Of a stretch of DNA of 64,000 nucleotides, positions 18,363-28,025 are shown piece by piece. Origin of the DNA: an uncultured Planctomycetaceae bacterium (GTDB lineage Bacteria > Planctomycetota > Planctomycetia > Planctomycetales > Planctomycetaceae); the NCBI GenBank assembly GCA_963976765.1, contig CAXBME010000007.1, forward strand, positions 186,001 through 250,000, given 5' to 3'. Numbering within the stretch: position 1 is the first letter of the stretch; every line of letters begins with the position of its first letter. The notes beneath the pieces are model-generated. The model saw nothing but the letters and a program-made list of their open reading frames with translations. It ran no database searches and was not told where the DNA came from. The translations under genes were made by a program, and so were the position numbers.

Positions 18363-19625
18363 TCAATTCTGCAATTCGACCTCGTCTTCCGCGTCGGTTT
18401 CAGGATCCAGCACATTGACTGAAGTCTGGTCAATCGTGACGTTGTTGTCGCCATTGTCGTCGGTTGCTTCAACGTCTTTCGGTTCCTCGCTCTGATCTTC
18501 GCCAAGCAGTTCGCGAAGCTCTTCCAGTCGAAAGTCGACAGGACTGTATTTGCGAGGTGCTGCGTCATCAAGAAATTGCTGGACCGACTTGATTCTCTCG
18601 TCGGAGTTCGGATGAGTGGAAAGCCACGAAAGTGCACCGTGGAGATGAGCGTCGGGCAGGTTGCCGAGCATTTGAATCATGGCCTGAGGATTGATTCCTG
18701 CTTCGTGCATCATGCGGGCTCCTTCGAGATCCGCTTCCGTCTCCTGGACCTGCGAATAATTATTCAGCGCCGCGTTCTGCAGAACTTCTGAGCCAATCGC
18801 GACTATGCCGCCGACGTCTCCAATGACGATATTGACAGCCGCGACGATTCCGACAGATCGAGCAATCTGAGTGAGGTGATGTCTGAGTGTCACGTGAGAC
18901 ATTTCATGAGCCAGTACTGCCGAAAGTTGCTCGGTCGAATCCATTTCGTCGATGAGTCCTCGAAAAACCAGAATCGTTCCGCCGGGCAACGCCAGCGCGT
19001 TTACGACGTTAGAATCGACAATCAGAACGTGATAGTTCACCCCACGAACAGCTGCATGGGGAGCCAGGCGGTCAACGATTCCTTGAACTGCATCTATTGC
19101 TTCCGGACTTTTAATTTCTTTGCCGAATTCAGAAAGAACTGCCGGCAGTGCGGCCTCGCCAATCTTCTGGTCAACGACGATCGGAACAGATTTGATGGCG
19201 ACACGCGCGAAAGCGACGATACCAAAGTAGCCACCAATCAACGCGACGACGGCCACTGCGAGAGTCATCCAAAGGCCGAGTCTGCTGACCCATCGTTGCC
19301 GGTTGCCAGCAGCGAGTATCGTGTCGACCTGCTCAAACAGTTCGCCGACAGCGGCGCGTTTCAACGCTTCCGGGAAACGGCGATCCTCACAGAAAAAGGT
19401 CAGGCTTCGGTCGGATGTTCGGCAGAAAACCATTCGACCGCTGTCGCCACCGAGTTCCAGATCGCAGTCTGAATAACCGATGAAAAACTCTTGCCCGTCA
19501 GATGTCCGTGCTGAGAGGCCCCGGTCTCCCAGTCGCAGATGGGCGCCGGCTCGCCCGCCATCAATCTCGTCAGAGAAGACGCCGCCGGGAAACTCATCAT
19601 CGTCAAGCAGATCGCCTTCGAACAT
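18363..19625 (-). CDS. M48 family Zn metallopeptidase, single-pass membrane
   Basis: NALALPGG, LAHEMSH (HEXXH), ETEAD, STHP...ERI; one TM helix after an N-terminal domain. Confidence 0.93.
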   Translation of the reverse strand: MFEGDLLDDDEFPGGVFSDEIDGGRAGAHLRLGDRGLSARTSDGQEFFIGYSDCDLELGGDSGRMVFCRTSDRSLTFFCEDRRFPEALKRAAVGELFEQVDTILAAGNRQRWVSRLGLWMTLAVAVVALIGGYFGIVAFARVAIKSVPIVVDQKIGEAALPAVLSEFGKEIKSPEAIDAVQGIVDRLAPHAAVRGVNYHVLIVDSNVVNALALPGGTILVFRGLIDEMDSTEQLSAVLAHEMSHVTLRHHLTQIARSVGIVAAVNIVIGDVGGIVAIGSEVLQNAALNNYSQVQETEADLEGARMMHEAGINPQAMIQMLGNLPDAHLHGALSWLSTHPNSDERIKSVQQFLDDAAPRKYSPVDFRLEELRELLGEDQSEEPKDVEATDDNGDNNVTIDQTSVNVLDPETDAEDEVELQN

Positions 19626-19911
19626 GAATCAGGCCTGTGAATTGATTGCTCTTTCCGCTCGTTCCTGCGCGCTGCGTGGGAACGGCAGCATCGACGCTCT
19701 GCATCACGAAATGACAATCGACTTTTGATTTGAAGGACGCGGAGCGTCCAGAAAGTGCGTTCCCACACGGAGCGCAGGAACGAGATCAGGCAGTAGGCTC
19801 GCCAGTTCTGGAGGCCACGAAAAAATCCGCTGCGAGAATGGCGGAGTATCTCGCAGCGGATCATGAAGTCCCGATCCGGGTGAATCAATGGCGAACCGGT
19901 TCGATCAATCG

Positions 19912-21192
19912 TTACATCCCTTCGGCCAGTGCTTCCAGGTGGCGGCTGAAATGGTCGGCGAGAACGTCGGTGTAAGTCTCCGGGTGCGATTCCAGGACGG
20001 ACCGAACGGCTGGGCCGAGTTCCGGATCAGTCAAAGTCGAACCGAACGTGCAATGCAGAATCTGTCGACCAGGTTCAGTAAAGCCGAGCCCCTTCGGTAC
20101 GTCAGCCCAGCATTCCAGGTAAACCTGTTCGAGTTTCTTTGCGTCGAGGTCGTCGCCCGATGGGACGGCCTCGTTGGTCGCCGAAACGTGGTACGTTGCT
20201 TTGTCGACGGGGTAACGTTCTCGGCCAAACTGAACGATGCGACGGAACAATGCTTCGTCGTGACGGGCGACGACTCGCAGAGCTTCGAGGTAGCTGGTGC
20301 CGGCAGTCTTCACGTGGAAACGGCCTTTCGTCGCGCGAGCCAGTGCCGGGTACATCGAGACTTTGTCTGACCCGGAGTGCAGACTCAGCTTGTAAGGACC
20401 GAGCAGTTCCGCAATTGCGGCGTGATCGTTCAGCGACGCTTCCAGTGCTCCAACATCGCCTTTGTAATCGACGCCTTTTTCCAGCTCGCCGATGAACCTT
20501 GGAGCCAGACTGACGAGTTTCATTCCGCCAGCGATGCACTGATCGGCGATGATGTAATGTTCGGCGAGCGTTGTCGGCTGATCGGTTTCGTCGACCGAAA
20601 GTTCAATTTCGTAGTCTGTGCCGGCTGACTCGTTCACGCTTTTGATGTGGTTGCCGAGCGAAAGTGCTCGTGAAATGGCCGGGCCGTATTTCACGGCGGC
20701 TCGCATGCAGGCTTCTTCGGTCAGTTCGATTTTTGCACCGGTCGAAAGACCGACTGACTTACCGAGGTAACTGTCGTACCACGGTGCGGCATCTTTAGCA
20801 GTGCCGAACTTTTCGCGAAGAGTCGACTCGTTGTAATCATCAGCTTTCTGGTCGACGTCGTCGGAAGGGTCGATCGTGAAGAATGTAAATCCGACGGCCT
20901 GAGTGACGTTGACGTCGTCCGGAGTTTTCAGGTGGTCAGCGTCGGCTCCGATACGTCCCGTCCAGCCAGCCTGTCTCGCACCGTTCATTGCGTCGTCCAT
21001 GACCTGCTGAGCCGTTCTCTGCGTGCGGGTCATTTCACGAATGGACTGCTGAGGGAAAATCGGCTCGATACCGTTTGCCGATCGTTTCATGGCCTCAACA
21101 TGGCCGGGAGTCGCGAGACCGATGCGGTCTCCAAAGCCGAAGCTTGGAGCGAGACCAAGAGGAACGCATTTTGAAGGAGTGTCTGCACTCAT
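19912..21192 (-). CDS. uxaE: Tagaturonate/fructuronate epimerase (UxaE family)
   Basis: SFGFGDRIGLATPGH, QQSIREM.RT, GADADHLK, ELSVDET, SLHSGSDK, HVKTAGTSYLEAL. Confidence 0.88.
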   Translation of the reverse strand: MSADTPSKCVPLGLAPSFGFGDRIGLATPGHVEAMKRSANGIEPIFPQQSIREMTRTQRTAQQVMDDAMNGARQAGWTGRIGADADHLKTPDDVNVTQAVGFTFFTIDPSDDVDQKADDYNESTLREKFGTAKDAAPWYDSYLGKSVGLSTGAKIELTEEACMRAAVKYGPAISRALSLGNHIKSVNESAGTDYEIELSVDETDQPTTLAEHYIIADQCIAGGMKLVSLAPRFIGELEKGVDYKGDVGALEASLNDHAAIAELLGPYKLSLHSGSDKVSMYPALARATKGRFHVKTAGTSYLEALRVVARHDEALFRRIVQFGRERYPVDKATYHVSATNEAVPSGDDLDAKKLEQVYLECWADVPKGLGFTEPGRQILHCTFGSTLTDPELGPAVRSVLESHPETYTDVLADHFSRHLEALAEGM

Positions 21193-21208
21193 AATTCTGT
21201 CTTTCATT

Positions 21209-21230
21209 TTTCTGAAACAGTTTTCAGAAA
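21209..21230. promoter_or_regulatory. AT-rich palindrome upstream of uxaE, possible operator
   Basis: TTTCTGAAA-CAGT-TTTCAGAAA. Confidence 0.3.
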
Positions 21231-21351
21231 GTAGTCAGGTAAAGGCGGTGCGGTCTGCCGAGTGAACTTCTAACCTCAGCGGCCACTGATTTTGAATTGT
21301 CACCTCTCACCCAAGGCTGAGAGGTGATGATCGAATGGACCGATCGCTCGA

Positions 21352-22167
21352 CTATTTGAGGTACTTGTTGAACGCTTCGATCGTCATTTGGGCAGCGGTC
21401 TCTGAATTGGGAATCGGGAACGATTCGGCAGACGCGTAGCCGTCGTAGTTTGTTTCTTTCAGAGCGGCTGCGATCGGTGCGTAGTCCATGTGGCCGAGGC
21501 CGGTCGCCTGACGATTCGAATCCACAAAGTGAACGTGGCCGATGTAGCCAGCGCCAGCTCGCAGTGCATCGGCGAGGTTTGCCTCTTCGATGTTCATGTG
21601 AAAGAGGTCGGCGAGCAGCTTGACGTTGTCCGTCGACAGCGTCTTCATGAAAGCGACCCCGTCGGCGACTGTTTTGATGAGATTGGTTTCGTAACGGTTG
21701 AGCGGTTCATAAATCAGCGTGACGCCGTGCTTTGCGGCGTACGGACCGAGTTCGTTCAATGCTTCTCGGAGCAAAGCTAACGCTCCGTCGAGATCCAGGT
21801 CGCCGCCCCACTTGCCCTGCATCGAGCCGATGATCGCTGGTGCTCCGTAGGGACCGCCGAAGTCGATCATCGATCGGATGAAGGCTTTTGCGGCGTCGCG
21901 TTTTTCCGGATTCGGATCGGTGAGGCACAGTCCGTGTTTCACCATGCCGGCTCCGGTCCCGACGGCGGCAACTTTGAGATTGTGCTTTACCAGCAGAGAC
22001 TTCAGTTCTTCCGGATCAACGGCGTCCGGTGACGGAGCAAAAATCTCAATCGCGTCAAAACCCAGTGCGGACGCCTTTTCGCAGGCATCGGCGAGACCAT
22101 TCCAGAATACAAACGGGCCGCCGCGAGCTTCTTCAACAAGGCTGACCGTGACTGCTGACTTGATCAT
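21352..22167 (-). CDS. Sugar epimerase/isomerase, TIM barrel (xylose-isomerase-like; resembles IolO 5-keto-L-gluconate epimerase)
   Basis: GFDAIE, EPLNRYET, DLFHMNIEE, HVHFVDSNR, GHMDY. Confidence 0.88.
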   Translation of the reverse strand: MIKSAVTVSLVEEARGGPFVFWNGLADACEKASALGFDAIEIFAPSPDAVDPEELKSLLVKHNLKVAAVGTGAGMVKHGLCLTDPNPEKRDAAKAFIRSMIDFGGPYGAPAIIGSMQGKWGGDLDLDGALALLREALNELGPYAAKHGVTLIYEPLNRYETNLIKTVADGVAFMKTLSTDNVKLLADLFHMNIEEANLADALRAGAGYIGHVHFVDSNRQATGLGHMDYAPIAAALKETNYDGYASAESFPIPNSETAAQMTIEAFNKYLK

Positions 22168-22805
22168 CTCGGCTGATTCCTGACGTCCGGTTTGAGTATT
22201 GGATCTTTAAAGCGTCGTTTCCTGGAACGCCTGAAGTCTCATCTCGAATGAGCAAGTCAGACGCCTCGTGAACTGCCAGTATGGCAAGCGGCACGTTCCA
22301 TAGTGCAACCGATCGAGCGAGCTTGCCGCTTCAAGGACACGGTTGCCGTGCAAGTGGGAAGCCCATCGCTGTGCAGTTACCAGAATCGAAAGCCTGGTTT
22401 CACATAAAACACGGAAAATCTCAGATCATCGTCGGCTGACGCTGACGGGATTGTTGCCAAAAAGTCAGCAACTTTCATCCGTGCCACGATTTACGCACTG
22501 ACGAGGACGCTCCACGATTTCAGGGAGGCCTGGCTCTGCCAGCGCGGGTAACCGCTATTTTGGCCGGAGCAGCCACCAGTTCGCACGCTTCTTGAAACGT
22601 GACTGCAGTTTTCTCTGTGGATGTCTGGCGTGCCAGTTCGACTGAGGCTTGCTCTCAGACGAGGAACTCATCGCCTGAGACTCCGAAATGGTTTCGGTAA
22701 ATTTTCTTAAAGGACAGGGGACCACCGCAGTGTCCAGAGTCGGGCAGATTCCTTCGCACAGCGGCGCCCCCTGTCCAGTCTCAAGACTGTTCTCTGATGA
22801 GTGAC

Positions 22806-23108
22806 TCAACGGAACAGATCAAACAGAAAAAAACGAGGGCGGGCCGTGTGCGTCGCCCCGGGCTGTGAACTGCGAGAGGGGTAAAAGCGGTTCACCGTCT
22901 GGCGTTTTGTCTGCTCGATTACGGGACTTGCCGGTGCGGTTTGTCTGTTGCATTTATCGTTCCGCAGAGCGTTGGCGACCGTGTTTGTCGAACCGGTGCG
23001 GTAAAAGCGGTTGACCGGCCAGGCACTGGCGGTTGACTCCAGTGCGACCAGTGCAGAAATCGCCATCATTGCGGCGAACAGGTTTCGCGAACGAATCAGT
23101 TTTCTCAT
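22806..23108 (-). CDS. Small secreted protein with a repeated VNRFY motif
   Basis: AGGAG RBS; signal peptide ending TASA; VNRFY twice, 40 aa apart. Confidence 0.7.
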   Translation of the reverse strand: MRKLIRSRNLFAAMMAISALVALESTASAWPVNRFYRTGSTNTVANALRNDKCNRQTAPASPVIEQTKRQTVNRFYPSRSSQPGATHTARPRFFLFDLFR

Positions 23109-23147
23109 GACGAGACTCCTGGAAAACGAGGTAGTGGGTTTGTGAAC

Positions 23148-26100
23148 TCAGACGGCGAATTCGTCACCGGCCAGCGAATCGGTGATTGGCAGGCCGCGCG
23201 AGAAGAACGGGTAAATCGCGGGGACAACCAGTGACGTCAGCAGCGTCGATGTCACCAGTCCGCCGATGACGACGGTCGCCAGTGGTCGCTGCATTTCGGC
23301 TCCGTCGCCGGTTGAAAGTGCCATCGGGAGGAAGCCGAGACTCGCGACCATTGCGGTCATCAGGACCGGTCGCAGGCGTTCAAGTGCGGTCTCGAACGTT
23401 GCCGCTTCGAGTTCTTCGCCTTTGTTGCGGCGGTTCTCGGCAGCGCTCACCCAGACGAGTCCGTTGAGCACCGCGACGCCGAACAGCGCGATGAATCCGA
23501 CTCCGGCCGAGATGCTGAACGGCATGCCGCGCAACGCGAGAGCGAAGATGCCTCCCGACGCGGCCATCGGCACGGCGAGGAAGATCAGCAGTGCCAGTCG
23601 CGGCGATTTGAACGTCGAGTGCAGGAGTAGAAAGATCAGCAGCAGCACGATCGGAGTGATCAGCGCCAGTCGCAGACTCGCCGATTGCAGGTTCTCGAAG
23701 TCGCCGCCCCACTGGATTTCATAGCCGGGCGGGATATCGACTTTCTCCGCGATCGTGCGTTGCGCCTCGGTCACAAAACTGGCGACATCGACACCCCGCA
23801 CGTTGCACTGAATGAACGTCCGACGGCGGTTTGACTCGTGCTCAACAGCCGGCGGTGTTTCTTCATGGATGATGTCGGCCAGTTCTTTCAACGGGACCGG
23901 CTTGCCACCCGGAGTGCTGACGGGAAGCTGTTCGAGGAGAGACTCCTGCGATCGCCACTCGCCAGGGATGCGGACCATGATCGGGTACCGCGCCCGGCCT
24001 TCGAAGATCAGCCCGGACTCGCGACCGCCGAGTGCTTCAACGACTGCCAGCACGTCGTCCGCGTTGATTCCGTAGCGGGCCAGTGCGTCGCGGCGCGGTT
24101 CGATGCGGATCGTTGCGAGGTTTGCTTGAAAGTCGGCTTTGACATCCGCCGCACCGGGAATCGTCTTCAAAACTCGCTCGATCTCTTTGGCCTTTTCACC
24201 GAGCACGGTGAGGTCGTCTCCGTAGAGCAGCACGGCGACGTCGGCTTTCACACCGGCGACAAGTTCGTCCACTCGCATCTCGATCGGTTGAGTGAACCCG
24301 AACGCGACTCCGGGCACCTGCGACGACAGAGCGGCATCGAGTTCTTCAATGAGATCGTCGCGCGTCATGCCGTCCCGCCACTTGTCGTGCGGGTGCAGCA
24401 TCACCCAGACATCCGACTGATGGACGCCCATGATGTCGTTCGCGATTTCCGGCCGACCGGTCTTGCAGAAGACCGTCTTCACTTCCGGAAACTCGCCGAT
24501 GATCTTTTCAATCTGCGTGCCGACAGGAATCGCGTTTTCGATCGCCGCACTCGGCAGTCGCACGGCTTCGACGAGCAGGTCGCCTTCGACCAGTCGCGGC
24601 ATGAACTCGGCCCCGAGATTCCAGCCGACCGGCAGACTGAAGCTGAAGACCGTCAGAGCGATCGCGACTGTTGCGACTCGATGCCTGATCGCGCGAGCCA
24701 CGAGCGGGCGATAAAACCACTTGATGCCGCGAATGAGCAGAACGTCTTTCTCGTTCATCTTCTTCGGCAGAGCCATCGCGGCCAGAGCCGGCATCAACGT
24801 CATCGAGAGCACCAGCGAACCGGCCAGCGCGAACAGCACGGTCAGCGCCATTGGTTTGAAGAGTTTGCCCTCCGTGCCCTGCAGCGCAAGGATCGGCACA
24901 TAGACAATCGCGATGATCAGTTCGCCGAACATCGTCGGCTTCCGAACCTCGATGACGGCTTCGCGAATCACTTCGAGATGCGAGCGTCCGCCGTTGTCAT
25001 GCGACAATCGTCGAATGCAGTTTTCGACCATGATCACCGAACTGTCGACGATCAGACCGAAGTCGATCGCTCCGAGACTCATCAGACTCGCCGTGATCCC
25101 GGTGGCCATCATCAGATTGGTGGCAAACAGCATCGACAGCGGGATCGCCAGTGCCGTGATCAGCCCCGCTCGAAAGCTGCCGAGCATGAACAGCAGCACG
25201 ACGATGACCAGAATTCCACCTTCGGTCAGATTCCGGACGACCGTGTCGAGCGTGCGACCAATCAAATCGGCGCGGTCATAAACAACGTCGATCTGCACGC
25301 CGTCGGGGAGCGTCGGTTGAATCTCGATCAGTCGCTCTTTGACACGTTCAACGACCTCGCGCGAGTTCTCGCCGATCAACATCATGGCCATGCCGATCAC
25401 GGCGTCGCCGCGACCATCACGCGTGACCGAACCTTGTCGCGTCATTGGTGCGATCGCGACTTCGGCGACGTCGCTCAGCAGGATCGGAGTGCCGTCAGCT
25501 TCGCGGCGCAGCACGACTTTGCGAATGTCGTCTTCGTTCTTGAGCAATGCCTGACCGCGAATAAATCGCTGCTCGTCAAAGTGCACGACGTAACCGCCGC
25601 CCGCCGTTCCGTTGTTGGCTTCGAGTCGTTCGAAGATGTCGATCAGCGAGAGGCCGTAACTCGACAGCCGATCGGGATTCGGGCGGACTTCGTACGTCTT
25701 GAAGAAGCCGCCCATCGTGTTGATTTCGGTCACGCCCTGAACTTCGCGCAGGCGCGGAGCGATCTCCCAGTCGAGGATCGATCGCAACTGCATCGGAGTG
25801 AAGTTTTCGCCGCGCACTTCGAACTGCAGAATCTCACCGAGTGCCGTCGTCATCGGTCCGAGTTCCGGCGTGCCATACCCCGGCGGGATGTCGGACGCGG
25901 CCGTCTGCATCCGCTCGTTGACGATGTTGCGAGCCCAGAAGATGTCGGTGCCTTCTTCGAAGACGATCGTCACAAGACTGATGCCGAACTTCGAAACGCT
26001 GCGAACTTCCTCGACCTTCGGCAGACCGCTCATTGCCCACTCGACAGGATTCGTGACGTAGCGCTCGACCTCGACCGGCGAGAGCGAACCGGCATCCGTC

Positions 26101-26249
26101 ATGACCTGCACCTGCACGTTAGTCATGTCCGGCACGGCGTCGATGGGCAAATGCACCGCCGCATACAAACCGCCGAGAGCCATCAGCAGCGTGCCGGTCA
26201 AAACGAGAAACCGGTTTTGCAGCGAGAAGTTGATGAGGTGAATCAGCAT
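23148..26249 (-). CDS. czcA: Heavy-metal efflux RND permease, CzcA/CusA family
   Basis: LPIDAVPD..NVQVQ, MSLGAIDFGLIVD, RLRPVLMTA, QRPLATVVIGG. Confidence 0.95.
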   Translation of the reverse strand: MLIHLINFSLQNRFLVLTGTLLMALGGLYAAVHLPIDAVPDMTNVQVQVMTDAGSLSPVEVERYVTNPVEWAMSGLPKVEEVRSVSKFGISLVTIVFEEGTDIFWARNIVNERMQTAASDIPPGYGTPELGPMTTALGEILQFEVRGENFTPMQLRSILDWEIAPRLREVQGVTEINTMGGFFKTYEVRPNPDRLSSYGLSLIDIFERLEANNGTAGGGYVVHFDEQRFIRGQALLKNEDDIRKVVLRREADGTPILLSDVAEVAIAPMTRQGSVTRDGRGDAVIGMAMMLIGENSREVVERVKERLIEIQPTLPDGVQIDVVYDRADLIGRTLDTVVRNLTEGGILVIVVLLFMLGSFRAGLITALAIPLSMLFATNLMMATGITASLMSLGAIDFGLIVDSSVIMVENCIRRLSHDNGGRSHLEVIREAVIEVRKPTMFGELIIAIVYVPILALQGTEGKLFKPMALTVLFALAGSLVLSMTLMPALAAMALPKKMNEKDVLLIRGIKWFYRPLVARAIRHRVATVAIALTVFSFSLPVGWNLGAEFMPRLVEGDLLVEAVRLPSAAIENAIPVGTQIEKIIGEFPEVKTVFCKTGRPEIANDIMGVHQSDVWVMLHPHDKWRDGMTRDDLIEELDAALSSQVPGVAFGFTQPIEMRVDELVAGVKADVAVLLYGDDLTVLGEKAKEIERVLKTIPGAADVKADFQANLATIRIEPRRDALARYGINADDVLAVVEALGGRESGLIFEGRARYPIMVRIPGEWRSQESLLEQLPVSTPGGKPVPLKELADIIHEETPPAVEHESNRRRTFIQCNVRGVDVASFVTEAQRTIAEKVDIPPGYEIQWGGDFENLQSASLRLALITPIVLLLIFLLLHSTFKSPRLALLIFLAVPMAASGGIFALALRGMPFSISAGVGFIALFGVAVLNGLVWVSAAENRRNKGEELEAATFETALERLRPVLMTAMVASLGFLPMALSTGDGAEMQRPLATVVIGGLVTSTLLTSLVVPAIYPFFSRGLPITDSLAGDEFAV

Positions 26250-26251
26250 GC

Positions 26252-27907
26252 TTATTCCTCGCCTTCGAGCAGTAGCTCGGACTTGAGGATGAAGGCACCG
26301 TGCGTCACCACCTGATTGCCGACGTTGAGTCCACTCACGATTTCGATGTAACCATCACCGTCGTCTCCGGGTTCCACATCGACGCGTCGAAACTGATTCC
26401 CGCCATCCGCGACGAAGACGAACGAGCGTCCGTCATGCTGCAGCACCGATCGATCCGGCACCGCGAGCACGTCAACCTTCACACCGACCGGCACAGAGAC
26501 ACGGACAAACAGCCCGGGTCGCAAGCGACCGTCGGCGTTGTCGATCACCGCGACGATCGGAATCGCATTTGTGTCCAGCGAGACTTCGCGACCAATGAAA
26601 TCAACGCGAGCCTGCAGCGTCGCATCGCCCAGAGCGGGCACGTTGACCGACAGCGTCTGTCCCGCTTCAACCGCGACCGCCGGCCAGTCGTTCTCACGAA
26701 TCTCGGCGGTGATCCAGAGCGTCGAAGTGTCGGCCAGAACAAACAGCGAATCGGCAGCATGCACACGTTCGCTGGCCGAGAACGTGCGGCTTTCAATCGT
26801 GCCGGCAAACGGAGCCCGAACAGCGACTCGCGACAGTTGCTCCAGATCGTCGTCGTTCGCACCGAGTGCCGAGGCGTCGGACTTGTTGCCGGTGGAATGA
26901 ATCGCGTCGTCACTCATCAACAGCGACGCCAGATGCTGTCGAGCAATCTCAAGCCGACGCTGAGCATCCGCCGCTGTCGCCGCCGCTTGATCGTGCGACT
27001 TCCAGACATCGAATCCGGCCTGCTCGCAAGCAGCTTCCAGTCGAGCCCGACCGGCTTGCACGGCGGCCTGACGTTCCTGCACCGCCTTACCGGACAGAAC
27101 TCCGCTGGCTGCCAGTTCGGCAGAATTCCGTTCCAGCGATTCCGCCAGAACCACACTGGACAGCGCTCCGAACAGCTCGTCGCGATAGCTGCCGAGTTGT
27201 CGATCAGCGAACTGTTTCTTTAACACGTCGAAATCAGGCGACCCCTTCAGAGCTCCTGTCAGAGCCGTCACGTTCGCCGCCAGAGTCCGTGCCCGCTCAG
27301 CGAGCGACGCGGTTCGATCGGCATCGTGCTGCCGCAGCAGGACGTCGGCACGAGCGGTTCCGATCTCAGAACTGTTGAGCCAGCCGAGCACCTGACCGGC
27401 CTGCACGCGATCACCCGGCTTGAGCAGCACCTGAGTCAGAATGCCGTCGGTCGGAGCCGTCACTGCGATGTGCAGGTTGTCGTTGTACGCCACTCGCCCG
27501 GGCACGCTGTGTCGATGAGTCAGCGTCTGCCGCGCGACCGGCTCACTGCGAATCTCCGCTGCCGCCAGCTTCTCCGCTGACAGTGTGACGATCGTTGATT
27601 CGGCAGCACCGTCAGCAGTTTCACCCGCTGCCGCGTCGGAACCCGTCGCCCGCTCGCCGGTCGGGTCCGCATCGCCAGTGAGGTACAGCAGCACGAACGC
27701 GCCCGCCACGATCAGGCCGACGACCGCGACACCAGCAAGCCACTTCACGGGTGGCCCTGGTTCAGCAGCAGCGAGAGGCTCGGCAGCGGAGCGAGATTCA
27801 GCAGTGGAGCGAGCCTCGGCAGAAGAGCGAGGCTCTGCAGAAGTTTGAGACTCTGCAGAAGTTTGAGACGTGTGATCTGATGATTGTTTTGCGAGGGAGA
27901 TCGCCAC
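26252..27907 (-). CDS. czcB: RND periplasmic adaptor (membrane fusion protein), CzcB-like
   Basis: GGAGG + GTG at 27907; TM anchor; VRAPFAG, LRPGLFV, VP..SV, EIVSGL; adjacent to czcA. Confidence 0.88.
   Translation of the reverse strand: MAISLAKQSSDHTSQTSAESQTSAEPRSSAEARSTAESRSAAEPLAAAEPGPPVKWLAGVAVVGLIVAGAFVLLYLTGDADPTGERATGSDAAAGETADGAAESTIVTLSAEKLAAAEIRSEPVARQTLTHRHSVPGRVAYNDNLHIAVTAPTDGILTQVLLKPGDRVQAGQVLGWLNSSEIGTARADVLLRQHDADRTASLAERARTLAANVTALTGALKGSPDFDVLKKQFADRQLGSYRDELFGALSSVVLAESLERNSAELAASGVLSGKAVQERQAAVQAGRARLEAACEQAGFDVWKSHDQAAATAADAQRRLEIARQHLASLLMSDDAIHSTGNKSDASALGANDDDLEQLSRVAVRAPFAGTIESRTFSASERVHAADSLFVLADTSTLWITAEIRENDWPAVAVEAGQTLSVNVPALGDATLQARVDFIGREVSLDTNAIPIVAVIDNADGRLRPGLFVRVSVPVGVKVDVLAVPDRSVLQHDGRSFVFVADGGNQFRRVDVEPGDDGDGYIEIVSGLNVGNQVVTHGAFILKSELLLEGEE
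27759..27869 (-). repeat. Six imperfect 18-bp tandem repeats in the czcB N-terminus
   Basis: Encode SAESQT-SAEPRS-SAEARS-TAESRS-AAEPLA-AAEP; CTCTGCAGAAGTTTGAGA occurs twice exactly. Confidence 0.85.
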
Positions 27908-28025
27908 AGCGCAGCCTCCGGCTTCCAGAAGGGGAAACGGGATTCCGGCTGCGAAACAGGACAACGCAGAGGCACACGTCAACGGACGGTGCAGCAGCCG
28001 GACTCAAGCAGGAGCCGGCGCGGAC

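Noticed and set aside
23838..26315. 825-aa plus-strand ORF
   Set aside because: Antisense shadow of czcA, expected from GC-rich codon bias; no motifs
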